Notes: generated from the sequence alone by a model not told the origin. A stretch of 64,000 nucleotides of DNA from Octopus vulgaris (GCA_951406725.2 OX597835.1:3658001-3722000); one strand, 5' to 3'. Positions 13,806 to 30,440 are shown, numbered from the stretch's first letter. Numbers and translations are program-made.

Positions 13806-13837
<32 letters not shown>

Positions 13838-14251
13838 GCGTGTGTATATATATATATGTGTAGATACATGTATGTACATGTATGTACATATATATGCGAA
13901 CACAAACATATGCATATATACACACATTTGTATGTACTACAAATAAGCAAAATGTATATATATGATTGTGTATATATATTTGTACGTTTTTATATATGTG
14001 ATATATGAATTTATGTACGTATGTATATATAGGTATAAATGTCTGTTGAAATGTATATACATATATATAGATAAATATATGTATGAATATATAAAATTAT
14101 ATACATAAATGTATACATATATATATATTTATAAATAAATAATATAGACATAGATAGATACATAGATGGATTACCCCTCAATTAACCCTAGTGTACTTAA
14201 TAAGGCCCTGTGGCATGCACACAATAAGGCAGGTCTCTCTAGAGAAGAAAT

Positions 14252-14311
<60 letters not shown>

Positions 14312-14624
14312 TTACGCATGCATGTTACAGTGACATACAAATATATATGTCTATGTATGTATATATGTATATATATATATGTGTGTATATATATATGTAT
14401 ATGCATATATGTATATAAGTATATATACATACGTATATATATATATATAATGTATATTATATATATATATAAATATAAATATGTATATATGCATGTGTGT
14501 ATATATATATGTGTATATATGTATATGTATAGATATATGTTTATACATTTGTGTATATATGTATACACACACACTCACACACACATATACCTATACACAT
14601 ATACATATATATATACATATAAAT

Positions 14625-14682
<58 letters not shown>

Positions 14683-15191
14683 GTATGTATGTATGGATGG
14701 ATGTATATATGCATATAGATACACACCGGCACGCATCTATTTACAAGGGAATATTTTGGAATGTATAGTGTCAAAGCAACTGTTTCATGTGTGTAGATTT
14801 AATTACGCATGTTGTCTTCTAAATTTAACCATTTGAAATGTTCTCGTACGAAAGTAACTGCTATCTCACAATGAAGATAATCAATACAATGCCGCCCATG
14901 TTACAACTGAGAAAAGTCTTGCATATCTTTATGGTTCTTCTTATTGAATGCATTTGTATCGTGCAAATGAGAAAGCGATGGCTATTTCTGAAGATCTAAG
15001 CTTTTCCAAATTGCCCCTTGGACATTTTGCTACAAAATCAAGCGCACCAATTATTGCTAGTGTATGTATGTATGTGTGTATGTATGTATTTGTGTGTGTG
15101 TGTTTGTACTATGTATGCATTCATGCATGTTTCTATGTATGTGTGTGTGTTTCATTAATTCCTGTTCATCGATTCATGAAATGCCAACGAC

Positions 15192-15240
<49 letters not shown>

Positions 15241-15419
15241 CATCACCTAAACATACATCACCTCTCCACAACGTAAACATAGCCGCATAAAATCTTCTGT
15301 TTAAAGTGAAAAATCAACGACAATAAAGAATTTGTATTAAATCGTGTACGAACTACTTCCACGTCACGTGAGTATTTAACGTGAAACTTCATTGTTACAT
15401 CAGACACAGGAATCGATCA

Positions 15420-15645
15420 GTTCTTATATAATAAACTTTATATAAAAATGATATATAACTATTTATACTTATAAACTATGTGCAACAGTTTTTATACAAA
15501 AGCCATATGTAATTATTTATATGTAAATCTTACACAATAGTTTTATATGAAAACCACGTATTTATTAATCCATATATAACAGTTTATATACATAAACCAT
15601 TATATAGCATTTTTTATATATGAACCATTATATAACTATTTTTGT
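15420..15645. repeat. Degenerate AT-rich tandem repeat, period about 26-28 bp
   Basis: Recurring AAC(A/T)(G/A)TTT.TATA....AA(A)CCAT.TAT units. Confidence 0.55.
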
Positions 15646-15958
15646 AAATACAATTGAACCTGTGTTTTCACAAGATACGCTGAAAAACGTTGGGAATTGC
15701 CTAAATATGTGAATTCAAATTCCAAGAGTGTTTAAAGAATCACCAAATATATTTTAAAATGATAAACTCCAGTTATCACTGATTTTAATTAAACAATGTA
15801 AAAATAAATTATTTCTTTCAACAAACAATAATTCAAAATTTGAATTAGTTTTCTAGGTTTCATGTAAATAAAATTCACGTATATAAAATTCCTTTAAAAA
15901 TAATTGTTGCAAATTCTGTAAACATATACATTACAGACTTTTGCTTGTAAGTGTACAG

Positions 15959-15989
<31 letters not shown>

Positions 15990-16048
15990 TATATTATATA
16001 TATATATTATATATATATAATAAATATATATATATTATATATATTATT

Positions 16049-16128
<80 letters not shown>

Positions 16129-16140
16129 TATATATTTTAT

Positions 16141-16177
<37 letters not shown>

Positions 16178-16509
16178 GTATGTATATATAAAGTGGAAAT
16201 TGGTGGTTTGGTCATTTTGACTGCTATATTTACCATACAGATACTACTTGTTAGTACCCTTAATTATTAATTGATAATCTTTTACCGTTCTTGGTGTTTT
16301 ACGCATGCTAAGCCACTGATATAATTATGAACAATAATATCCCCATATATATTTCTATATATATTACATCTATATATTATATATATGCATGTTATATACT
16401 ATAAATATATATAAATATGTATATTTGTATTATGAATATATGCACTTAATATATTTCAGACATGCATTTATAAAGACATATATATACATATATAATATAT
16501 ATATATATG

Positions 16510-16566
<57 letters not shown>

Positions 16567-16849
16567 TTATTTATATACATACATCTATCTATGTATATAT
16601 ATATAATATGTAAAATATATCATATATATATATTGTGCGTGTGTGTGTGTACATGTATGTATGTATGTATGTATGTATGTGTGTGTGTGTGTGTGAGTGC
16701 GCACGCATATAGATAGACATCTGTATGGAACAATGTACACACGCACACAAACATTCCATTGCTACAAGCCAACAGCAGACACATTCCAACATCAACACTC
16801 ACACACAAACCCACTGTCTCATATATACATACTAATACAATCACACTCG

Positions 16850-16880
<31 letters not shown>

Positions 16881-17324
16881 TCACACACACTAGTAGAATC
16901 ACACACAGATATCCGCAAAAAAGCCAACACAGATAAGATGTTGGATTTGACAAATAAAAACAAAAATACAAAAAAAAATGCGAAAAATTTAAACATTATA
17001 ACCTCCCCCCCACCTCCGCTCCGCAATTATGTGATGAATATCATTAAAATAAAGAAGGGAGTACATTGTTTTGAGGGTCCTCCCCCACAACTGGTCCCTG
17101 TAATCAGGACTGGGTGTCAGAATATAAAGGGCGAGGCAGAGGGTGGGGGGGGGACTGTTCTGGAATGGTAATCAAAACATCGGAGAGAAATTTTCGTGGT
17201 ATTCAGCGTGGTTGTGAGTTCAAATAACGCCGAGATTCACACCTGCATTTCATTCTTTGCAGAATAAGGATATCGGGGTGGGGTGGGGTGGCGATTCCCA
17301 CCACCCCTGTACTTTCTCCTTCTA

Positions 17325-17399
17325 TTCTTCTTCTTCTTCTTCTTCTTCTTCTTCTTCTTCTTCTTCTTCTTCTTCTTCTTCTTCTCCTTCTTCTTCTTC

Positions 17400-17431
<32 letters not shown>

Positions 17432-17502
17432 CTTTGTCTCCTCCTCTTCCTCCTCTTCCTCCTCGTCCTCCTTCTCCTCCTCCTCCTCCTCCTCCTCCTC
17501 CC
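17325..17502. repeat. (TTC)n/(TCC)n microsatellite
   Basis: Direct inspection. Confidence 0.95.
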
Positions 17503-17669
17503 CTGAATCAATCCGATTGGACCAAACCCGTTTAAGGATGCACCCGGCCAGACCTTAATTTTTCGGACATACTGAATGAACCTCCTGAGAGCATTCTAGA
17601 CGAGTTGAGGTTCTTCGGGGTAACGGACATCAGGGTAGACGAGTCCCTTATTGTTGCTTAATTCCTGGT

Positions 17670-17845
17670 CTGCTTTGCCCAAGCAAATCTATTGATCAAT
17701 GGCATTCCAGCCACGACAATCCAAGGCTATGTTACTTGGCCTACATAATCAACTGTGCCTTTCCAATGTACTAACTGTAGCTGGGTGTAATTTGAGAAAG
17801 ATTTGGCTGCTATTTATAGCAGGTCGAACGACAGCGTAGAGATAC
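17670..17845 (+). mobile_element. Old interspersed repeat (family D, SINE-like)
   Basis: GATCAATGGCATTCCAGCC..ACAATCC...GAGAAAGATTTGGCTGCTATTT also occurs, diverged, at about 30560-30730. Confidence 0.55.
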
Positions 17846-18037
17846 TCACGTAAATATGTGTGTGTATTGTAATGAACAGGGTGTGTGTCTTGTGTAGTGC
17901 CTGTGTATGTATGGATGAGCGAGTTTGCGTGTGGAGTATAGGTGTACTGTTCTTACATATACATATGTGTCCGTATGGTGTGATGAGGTGTGTATGCTCC
18001 TTTTTGTGTATGTGTGCGTGTGTGTGTGCGTGCGTGC

Positions 18038-18069
<32 letters not shown>

Positions 18070-18335
18070 ATTGTTGAAGTGCTGAGATTGTAAAGTTTGT
18101 GTTACACAAATTTTGTTGAACAACAATAAAAAAAATGTAACACTGCAAGAATGTTTGGCGACATCCACGAATGGATGTGTGTACATGTATGGCACACGAG
18201 TAAGTATATATGGATGTGTGTGTGTATTATTTCTAACAAAAATGGTAGACGTTTGCTTATGAAATCAAAGGCAAAAACTAAACCAAGACAACGTATACAT
18301 AATAACAGTCACACGCACACACATACACAAACACT

Positions 18336-18399
<64 letters not shown>

Positions 18400-18535
18400 T
18401 AGTTGAATGAATTATCTTATTAAGGATAATTCGAAAGATAACCGATACCTGGGTAGCAAATTCACATCAGAAAGAACATATGTCGAGAATAAAGGATATT
18501 TGTTAACTAGTCGTTCAACTCCATTCTTTCATATA

Positions 18536-18602
<67 letters not shown>

Positions 18603-18767
18603 ATAATACAAATAAGAAAATAGAGAAACAAATTTAGTTTGTTCATCAACTTTCGGATATTAGAATGTTGGATTATTTATTCATTTAACAAAATGAGAAC
18701 CTTAATAGCATACATATATATCTTATAATTCAATGCATATAAGATAAGAATACGAATTATAAACGTC

Positions 18768-18798
<31 letters not shown>

Positions 18799-19489
18799 AG
18801 CGCGCGCGACACCGCATTCAAACTATCAAAAACAACACAACACTTTTATAAACACGATAACCAAGCATTAAAACAAAAACAACGGCTGTCAGAAGGAGGA
18901 CGCGTTTGTTGCTAAATCACTCATCACTCTCTCTCCCTCTCTCCCTCTCCCTCTCTCTCCACATTACCGCGTTGACACCGAGACGACGACGACGACGACC
19001 ACCACCACCACCACCACCACCACCAACATAAAAACAATAACAATATAAACCAAACCTTCAGCAACCTAATAAAGATGATATTTCCATTTGCTATCAAATA
19101 GATTGGCATTCGCCTATCAACCAGCTTTTCATAACACAAGGTTTCACACACACACACCAACATGAAAACAGGAACAGCACTAACAGACACATTCACAGAA
19201 ACACATCAATAGACACACACGCACTAAGATAAAAGCACATACGCACACATACACACATACATACATACACACACACACACATATATATATTGATATATAT
19301 GATATATTATAAATTTGTGTGTGATAATAACTCTCCTTCATCAAGCTAAATTTAATTAAAGGCATAATTATTATTTCCCTATATTTTTGCCTATAAATCA
19401 TGTATCAGTTTCGTGTATATATTACACATGTACTTTTTCATATATAGGTTTGTTGTAGATAAAAACATAGCGAGCTAGTTAGTTAGTTG

Positions 19490-19706
<217 letters not shown>

Positions 19707-20428
19707 AAGCATATATACATAAATATGAATTTATATAGAGATATGTGTGTGTTTGTGTGTGTATATATATATATGTATATATGTGTGTGTGTGTGTATAT
19801 ATATATACATATATACGCATTTATGTAGGTATAAACAAATATAAATATGTGGATGGATATATATCTGTCTATCTATGTAGCTAACTATTCATGTATTTAT
19901 CTGCTTATTTGTGTATAGCTATACATACATACATATATACATACACACACACGCACACACACACTTGTAAGTATATATATATATATGTGAACCACTGAGT
20001 TAAACAATAATGACCAGGAAATGGCCAACTCAGAAATGGCCAGTGGCATGTTTTGCATAACACAAACAAAAAAAAACACATTAGCAAAAACACGATTATC
20101 AAATGACATACAACATAAATTCCCGATTTTCCAAAATTATCTCCATTTCTAGAGGATGTGTTTATTATTATGAAATGGCGAAATATATCAAAGTTATACA
20201 GGCACCAACTTGTTCTGCTCGTTTAAGAAGTTCGTTTCGCCCCCATCGCGGAGTTTCGAACACGTATCTTCCCTTTGACCTGACGATGCCTTGTGAGTGA
20301 ATTCGCAAAACGGAGATGTGTAGAAGCCTCTCGAACGCGCTCATGTGTGTATACTCGAAGAAGGGTACATATAGATAAATGTAAATTTTTTATGTTACAA
20401 ATTTATGTATAATGAGTATATAATCATA

Positions 20429-20509
<81 letters not shown>

Positions 20510-20534
20510 CTATGTATATATATATTATATAAAA

Positions 20535-20574
<40 letters not shown>

Positions 20575-20614
20575 TTATATGTATATATATATATATATTA
20601 TATAATATTTATAT

Positions 20615-20664
<50 letters not shown>

Positions 20665-21083
20665 GTATATATATTATATAAAATATATATATATTATATA
20701 TAATATATTATATATATAATATATAATATATATATATATCCTGAAAGGTTTAAGAAAATCGTAAATTGCCAGGTGATGTCCACAAGAAAATTAATGTCAG
20801 AAATTGCTAAATGACTGGGAATATATTTTATTCCTTATGATCATTCCGGACAGAGGGTTATTTAAGGAAAATGAGTTTGGATGTCAGGTATATTCCTGGC
20901 GAATTTGAGAAAATGTTTAAGGTTGATGTATGGTCACATTTAAGAGATAAATATTAAGGATGAGAGAGGGTCACGTGAGTGAGAAAAAAATGAACATCAT
21001 TCGAGTTTAAATATCGACAGCTCAGTATTGGGTGAAAATTGAATCATGTTACAGGAATACGTGTGTGTACGTATGTGCTGATA

Positions 21084-21128
<45 letters not shown>

Positions 21129-21295
21129 GAAATATACACTCCGGCTTCATATACATATACATACGTACATACATACATATATGCATTCATACATACATAT
21201 ATGCATACATACATACAAATATATATGTATATATATATAGGTAGGTATGTTTAAATATTTATATCTATGTGTGTGTGTATGTATATATAAATGAA

Positions 21296-21367
<72 letters not shown>

Positions 21368-21566
21368 TATATGTTTTTGTATGTGAGTGTATATGTAAAG
21401 AGTAATGTAGTGTGTAGAGCATGGTTAAGGGGAAGTCTTCCCAGATTCCTCCTGATATGAACTTCTCAAATGTCAGCTTTTAGTTGAAAAACACTTATTA
21501 TTCATTGTTTTAAACACATTATCTCGATAGTATAGAGTCTTATATACAATTGTGAGTGTGTGTGTT

Positions 21567-21603
<37 letters not shown>

Positions 21604-22161
21604 GTAGATATTTCATGTATACATGTAATATATATATAAACGCTTATATAGCTTTATAATACATTTATAGAGTTAGGAACAGATGCATTTATAGATATAC
21701 AGATATATGTATCTATAATCTCACACACACACACATATATGTATGTATATATATAGACATACATGTATATACTTATATATATATATACATGTATATATAT
21801 ACACATATATATATATACATGTATATATTTGTACATTTATATGTGCATATATATACATATATATGTATATATATGTATACATATGTTCATATATATATAT
21901 ATATATGTGTGTGTGTATATATATATATACATACATATATATACACATATATATATACATATATATATACATATATATGTATAAACACACACACACATAT
22001 ATATACAAGCATACCTCACCATACGTCGTTAATTGATTCCAGTAGATGCGACTTAAGTCAATTTAACTAGGCCGAATTTACTCGTCTCTAGGCTAAACCT
22101 ATTGATGACAGTATTCTTCATCCCTGGGGCTTCAGGTTTGATATGTGTTAAAATCTTGTCC

Positions 22162-22263
22162 TTATACAGTTGCCTGGCTCATCCCAAAAGATCTTGCAAT
22201 CACTACCACTTTTTCACCTTTTTCATGGCGTTTTATCATAGCCAGTCTATCTTCCAGCGTTAT
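22162..22263 (-). mobile_element. Tigger/pogo transposase N-terminal fragment (CENP-B-type HTH)
   Basis: ITLEDRLAMIKRHEKGEKVVVIARSFGMSQATV* matches the Tigger pattern ITLE.K...IKR.EKG.....IARS.G.S..TV. Confidence 0.75.
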
Positions 22264-22264
22264 A

Positions 22265-22335
22265 TAAAGACGGTGCTCTAGCATGGCCGCAGTCAAATAA
22301 CTGAAACAAGTAAAAGAATAAAAAAAAAAGAATAG
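22265..22335 (+). mobile_element. SINE family B extreme 3' fragment
   Basis: TAAAGACGGTGCTCTAGCATGGCCGCAGTCAAATAACTGAAACAAGTAAAAGA. Confidence 0.85.
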
Positions 22336-22480
22336 AATATATATATGCACAATCTTATGCATACACTTTCATGCGTGCCTGCGCGCCCACCAATTCACTC
22401 ACACACGCTCGCACACAAACACACATCGTATACATATATATATATAATATGACCCTTCTGTCCGAGTCAGACACCATGAT

Positions 22481-22848
<368 letters not shown>

Positions 22849-23085
22849 GCACGCACGTCGTGTGTGCCTGTATGGACATAATATAATTTCTGTATTGATA
22901 TCCACCCTAGCACAAATAAAATACCTCCACCGTTCTCTTATTCCCCCCTCTCCCTCTCTCTCTCTCTTTTCTCGCGCTCTCTCTTTTCGCTTTCACTCTT
23001 GGTTGCAGTTATTTATAAAATTAATATTCTAAATATATATGTGCATTCTTTGAATACTGTTCTTGATACGTCTTTGCAATCTTAA

Positions 23086-23195
<110 letters not shown>

Positions 23196-23288
23196 GTATA
23201 TGTATATATGTATATGTATATATATATATGTATATATGTATATATGTATATATATATATGTATATATATATATGTATATATATATATG

Positions 23289-23355
<67 letters not shown>

Positions 23356-23799
23356 GGGGGTTGTGTGTGTATGTATGTTCGTGTGTGTGTGTGAAAGAGA
23401 TATAACTACTAAATAACTTTTCAACAAGAGAGAAAAGAATGCCTCTATATCCCCATCTCGCGAGAGAAAGTGTTGATTGGGCCATGCAAATGAGGGTGAT
23501 ATCACCATCATTATGAACAGCCACTCCAAAATGTCCGTAACGTACTACCTTCCGATGTGACATGACATTATCACCAAAAAGATTTCTTACATGTTGCCCA
23601 CGGGAGGAATTGTCTTGGCGGCCATACCAAGGGCACACCTTTAAGAATAATGAATACCACAATGATGATGATGATGATGATGATACTAATAAAAAAGAAA
23701 GGAGAAAAAGATGATGGACAGATGGATGGATGGGGGAATGAATGGATGGATGAATGGATAGCTGGACGGATAAACAGAGGTAGATATAGACATATATCA

Positions 23800-24210
<411 letters not shown>

Positions 24211-24919
24211 TACATATATATATACATACATACATATAAAGTATTTTACATATATATAAATTATTTTACAAATACATACGTATTTGTTATATGTGAAAAG
24301 GATGTTTAATAGATCCAGACAGTTAGTGCTCTGATCGGACTAGACACCTAAAATCGAACGTCGAATATAACGGAATGCAAGCGGGCAAAAGTTGGCTATA
24401 GGCAATGAACATGTCGAGCTAATGAAAGTATAATAAAATAGAAATGAACAGGTGGGTGTTATACAGAAATGGGTATAAAAATATGGAGCTCAGCAGAAAA
24501 ACTGGATAAAGGAGAATGCACGATTTTATAGTAATTCTTTTGAGTTAAGTATATATCTGAAAGTTCATGCTTGATGCCACTGAGGAGAAACCGACTACTC
24601 GTTCCTTAGGCAGGTAAAACTCCGGGGAGTTATTACTAGAACCACACAGATAAGAGAGTGGTTAATGTGGGTAATCTCTACAGCTGTTTCTTGATGTTTG
24701 ATGTTCCCGAATTGCAGTAATGTGACTTTTGTGTACATATCTATGAAACAGATCGGTTTTTGCTGACATATATACGCAATAACACAAGTTTCGATTGCCT
24801 GAACAACTTGCCCAAGCGTCAGGAGAGAATGATCTCCACCTGAAGGTGCGATGATTTTTTTCTTGTGGCTGCATTCTCCACTCGCATATTTATATGTTTC
24901 GACTACTCTCTCTCTCTCT

Positions 24920-25193
24920 TGTACTCTTTTACTTGTTTCAGTCTAACACACCAGCATCGGTTGTTAAGCAATGCTAGGGGGACAGACACAGACACACAAA
25001 CACACACACATACATATATATACATATATACGACAGGCTTCTTTCAGTTTCCGTCTACCAAATCCACTCACAAGGCATTGGTCAGCTCGGGGCTATAGCA
25101 GAAGACACTTGCCCAAGATGCCACGCAGTGGGACTGAACCCGGAACCATGTGGTTGGTTACCAAGCTACTTACCACACAGCCACTCCTGCGCC
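24920..25193 (-). mobile_element. SINE family B with internal deletion in the 3' half
   Basis: Head ends CCACTCCTGCGCC at 25193; tail TTGTTTCAGTC is joined directly to AACACACCAGCATCGG. Confidence 0.9.
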
Positions 25194-25384
25194 TATATAT
25201 TTTTATCCACCAATATAGGATGAACCACAACGACAGACTATACAAATTATCTTCACTTTCATCTGCAATACTAGAATATGAACTGCCAACATATTCAACA
25301 TCTGTGACGAATTACTATCAACGTCGCTTTTATTGCTTTTCCAGGTTTTCGGATTAATTCTACGTTTTTATATACACTTTATCA

Positions 25385-25585
25385 TTTATCCTTTGCTTGT
25401 TTCAATCGTTAGACTGCGGTCATGCTGGGGCACCGCCTTGAATTTTTAGTCGAATGAATCGACTTCGGGGCTTATTTTTTAAACCGGGTACATATTCTAT
25501 CGGCCTCTTTTGCCGAACCGCTAGATTGCGGAGATGCAAACACACCAACACCGGTTGTCAGTTGGTGGTTGGGGCACAAACACAG
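25385..25585 (-). mobile_element. Diverged SINE family B 3' half
   Basis: TTGTTTCAATC..GACTGCGGTCATGCTGGGGCACCGCC...TTCTATCGG..TCTTTTGCCGAACCGCTA. Confidence 0.8.
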
Positions 25586-25668
25586 GAAGACACACACACA
25601 TAGATATACATACATACATACATATAAACATACATACACATATATATATATACATACATGCATACATA

Positions 25669-25718
<50 letters not shown>

Positions 25719-26620
25719 CACACACACATATATCATTACTCTGCATTAATTAATTAATTAATTACACTAATTTTTATTCGTGTAATCAACTTTTATACTA
25801 TGTTATACTTACATACATACATACATACATGCATACATGTATACATACACGTGTATACGTATATGTATGTATTCGCACACTCATGTCTTAGTGTACTACA
25901 CAGACATAAAACACACACAAGAATACATACATAAACATATACATATATATATGTGCTTATATATGTATGTATAATATCTGTAACATATATCTTCATAATA
26001 TTTGTATTATGTTGAAGTATATGAATACGTATATATCTGAGAAAGAGAGAGAGGGAGAGAGAGGGGGGGAGAGTGAGTGAAGCAAGAGAAATAAATATAG
26101 TATACATATGTGTGAATTTCATATAATATATTTAAACATAGTTGTTTTAATTCTATTGAATGCAGAAAGCAGCATATTTGTAAGCTTATTCTGAACTTTC
26201 ACAACATTTATCATCACTGTTATGCCAACTATTCAAATTATTAACATCTGTAGAGTCAGTTATTTGACGCTATATTACTGCAAAAAAGCAAACCTTTATT
26301 TATAGCATTCTCAAATCGTTTGATATTTAAGACGCACTTGGCGAAGTTGATAGCGCCTCATACTTTGGATCGAATTGTCGCATAGTTCGTGACCTAATAC
26401 CGACAGTAGACGATGTATTTGTCGCTCAGCCACTTAACATTCAGACACCGCAGTCCAGTTAGCTGTAGACAGGCACCAACATCTCAGTTATTGTTTATAA
26501 AGGTAACATTGTTAAATCGACTAAGATATTTGTTTTGATGAGTTCATAAATTTGTCTTATTTGTGCCATTCTGTGTTACTTGTGTGGTGAAACTGGAGTA
26601 GTTACCACCAAAATGAATGA

Positions 26621-26668
<48 letters not shown>

Positions 26669-26901
26669 AAATAAGAAACAAGGATATCCAGAGGTAATGC
26701 AGTACGATCGTTTCATGCGATTCCATTTAATTGAACAATGCAAACATTGCATCAATTCAAAATGTAGAGCAATCTTCAGCTGCACAAAAACATAGAATTT
26801 AATTAAATTTGAAGGACATATTAATATAATTTTATCCAAAATCTCCAACAGAATAACGAGATAGACAAAAAACATATTTTACCAACAACATCACGGTTAT
26901 A

Positions 26902-27111
26902 CGAGGAGGTGTTGAATAAGTTCCTGGCTTTAAGGCTATCGCGAAAGACATGGTTAGAAGTCCAACTTTTCGTGTTCTTTTACAGGATTTAAAAAAAAAC
27001 TGAACGACCGCTGCAATAAGTGTGTGAATTTGAGAGGGGACTATGTTGAATAAAATCATAATTAATTGATCGTCCTTGTATTTTGCCTGGAAGATTTTCA
27101 GTATCTCCTTG
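26902..27111 (+). mobile_element. Internally deleted mariner element (MITE-like)
   Basis: TA-flanked imperfect TIRs CGAGGAGGTGTTGAATAAGTTCCTGGC / GCCTGGAAGATTTTCAGTATCTCCTTG. Internal DRCNKCVNLRGDYVE* matches the mariner transposase C-terminus. Confidence 0.8.
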
Positions 27112-28196
27112 TACACACAGAGGCCAATTCGCTTACTATGTTGTGTCGAAGAAACATTTCAAGCTTATAAGGGTTGCACAAATCGCTACTGTCTCAGCGG
27201 TAATTTCGTTGCAAAACGACCCGAGCTCAAAGCCTACAAGTTATCTCCGACATTGCATTTTATCCCACCGTTGGTCAGCCGGAAATATTTACTATATTCT
27301 GCTGCTCCAATACACACATATACGTGCGAGCGCGTGAGTAGCTTTCTTATACTGACCGTATTTCCCTCTCCCAAATTCAGCCACCAGGCGGGGGCTATAG
27401 TAGAAGATACTCATCCAAGATGCCGCCGCGCAGAGGGACTGAACCTGAAACTACGTGATTGTAATGCCTCCAAAGCCTCGAATGATTGAGATAAATTTGT
27501 GTACGTTGGCCTACGTACGAATGCGACACAGGCGCACTGAACTAGAGTAAACGGATCGGTAATTAACCGAGATTATCTATGCAGTTAGCAGACAAAAATC
27601 TCCTTCAACATAGATTTATAACTTTAAAACAATAAGGGAGATAATTCCTATAAAATCAAACGACTTAGGTAATCTCTGTTAATCCAAGTTTCTCAACTCA
27701 CTATATTACGTATTTACATTTCCTCTGCAAATAATATCTCACATCGGTCATATTGTTCGTGCTCATTATTAGTGCCAATACATTCCTGTTATTTCTATAT
27801 ACGTTTCTCCTCATCCTGCCAACTGAAAAGAATATTCTTGGTTGAAGAGATCTAATAAAGCAGAAACATGGTTTTAAAATCCAGATCCACAGCAATTGGC
27901 ATCATATTCAGTTTCCGACAATTGCAACCGATTTTATTGCATTTTATTGGATGTTATTGAAATTAAACTGATTAAACCGATTATTGAAATTAAACCGATT
28001 TTATTAGATTTTATTGAAATAAAAAAAAATTAAATAAACGAAGGAGGTAACTCTCCTTTTTTTTAAAAAAAAATTTCAATCCCTCTACACGGAGTCTTTC
28101 TCTACTGACTGCATGGTTTATCTCATTTCAACAATCAAAGTTGTTGGACAGAGATGCACTCAGTCGGATCGACGTGGATAGATACAACCATAAATG

Positions 28197-28530
<334 letters not shown>

Positions 28531-28988
28531 CACACACACACGCTTAGAAAAGTATGTGGATGGCAAAGGTTAATGGTTTTGTAGCTCAAAGGTTTTGTAC
28601 AGAGAATTTTGTGTTTGGTTGAAGCACTTGACTTTCCTCGGTGGTTTTTTGAGATCCCTGCAAGCAGCGTGTCAGCTTGGCAGCACCAGTGCCAGCTTGA
28701 CTAGATACTTCATACTCGGTTCACTGGTTCGCAGTCCTCAGTTCTCATGTTGTGGGAATATACAACTTCTGGGGGAGAGATGAAGAGTGAGGGAGAGGGC
28801 GAATGAGAGAGAAAGTGAGTGAGGGGAAGAGAGAAGTAAGTCTCGGTTAAAGTTGATACAAAACTGTCCAAGGCGGTAGGTTCTACCTACCTAAAAATGG
28901 CTAAAAGAGGAAAAGCGATCAGATATAGATTTCAAATTTTGGCACAGGGCAAGCTGGAATGAGAACCCAGCTTCGAAACTTTCCCAAG

Positions 28989-29032
28989 ACACCTGATGAA
29001 GGTTGGAGGGTAAATCAGCCGAAACGTTGTAT
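28989..29032 (+). ncRNA. Minimal type-I hammerhead-like motif (PLE pLTR)
   Basis: ACAC-CUGAUGA-A-GGUUGG(AGGGUAAA)UCAGCC-GAAAC-GUU-GUAU; palindromic AACGUU stem III. Confidence 0.65.
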
Positions 29033-29286
29033 TTACAACAAACAAGATGAGGAGAAATATCCGTCAAATGTAAATAATGTACATAATTCCTCATCTCTTA
29101 AATATACAACTGTATACATACATATATATACAAAAATACCCTGTCGATGTTGTTGAAATTCCAGTGAAGGAGCGTTGGGTCTAGGTTACAAACTGGCTCT
29201 TTCTCTATTGGCAAGAAATCTTGAAATAAAACTGAATAATGACATAAATACACACTAGCAGATGGACACACACTAGCACACACACG

Positions 29287-29990
29287 AGTGTTTGTGTGTG
29301 TGTGTGAGAGAGCGCATGTATGTATGTATATATGTGTGTGTGTGAGTGTATGTATGTGTGTATAAATGTGTTTGTGTGTGTGTGTGTGAGAGTGCACATA
29401 TGTATGTATATATGTGTGTGTGTATGAGTGTATGTATATATGTGTGTCTGTGTGAGTGTATGTATGTGTGTATAAATGTGTTTGTGTGTGTGTGTGAGTG
29501 CATGTATGTATGTATATATGTGTGTGTGTGAGTGTATGTATGTGTGTATAAATGTGTTTGTGTGTGTGTGTGTGTGAGTGCATGTATGTATGTATATATG
29601 TGTGTGTGTGAGTGTATGTATGTGTGTATATATGTGTTTGTGTGTGTGTGTGAGAGTGCATGTATGTATATATGTGTGTGTGTGAGTGTATGTATGTGTG
29701 TATAAATGTGTTTGTGTGTGTGTGTGAGAGTGCATGTATGTATGTATATATGTGTGTGTGTGAGTGTATGTATGTGTGTATATATGTGTTTGTGTGTGTG
29801 TGTGAGAGTGCATGTATGTATATATGTGTGTGAGTGTATGTATGTGTGTATAAATGTGTTTGTGTGTGTGTGTGTGTGAGTGCATGTATGTATGTATATA
29901 TGTGTGTGTGTGAGTGTATATATGTGTGTATAAATGTGTGTGTGTGTGTGTGTGAGTGCATGTATGTATGTGTGTGTGTGTGTGTGTGTA
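29287..29990. repeat. Minisatellite with about 60-70 bp unit built from microsatellite blocks
   Basis: Unit GAGTGCATGTATGTATGTATATA(TG)nAGTGTATGTATGTGTGTATAAATGTGTT(TG)n repeated about 10-11 times. Confidence 0.9.
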
Positions 29991-30319
29991 TACTTTTTGG
30001 CGTGGCGCTTGATTTCATAAATGTGACTGGGTTTTATGACTCTCTGAACCAGGTTTAACTGTAGAAAGTATATGAATTCATGTAAAGCAGCAAAACGATT
30101 GTTTATTTGCCCCTTGGGACCCATGCCCCACTAATTTCCGCCGGACAAATATTTCTAGCTAACATTTTAGTTTCTTAACTCATCATTTTTTAATATTTAT
30201 CCGAAAAGGGTTGTATTAATCACACCACGCCCCCTGATACGATGTGGGCGGCGTTGTTATTTGAAACTCCAAAAACACGAAATCGTTTATTCTCTCGACA
30301 TAAATGGGCAAAATACCAG

Positions 30320-30440
30320 AAACTTTGGGGTTGAGCTCAATCAATTAAATCAATCCAGTTCTTGATTGGTACTTTATTTTAATCGATCCTGATACGATGG
30401 AAAGCAAAGTTGATCTTAACAGGATTTGAACTCAGAACCT
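30320..30440 (-). mobile_element. Diverged SINE family A fragment
   Basis: GGTACTTTATTTTAATCGA...GGAAAGCAAAGTTGA...ATTTGAACTCAGAAC. Confidence 0.65.

Noticed and set aside
14940-15060. Minus frame AIIGALDFVAKCPRGNLEKL resembling an R4/Dong C-terminus
   Set aside because: Only the IIGAL motif matches; insufficient evidence.
20276-20312. CUGACGA-UGC...GCA-AAAC hammerhead-like remnant
   Set aside because: GAAA and the cleavage triplet/stem I are missing; too decayed to call.
24584-24642. CUGAGGA...ACC/GGU-AAAACUCC-GG-GGAGUU hammerhead-like remnant
   Set aside because: Core G is missing and there is no stem I pairing.
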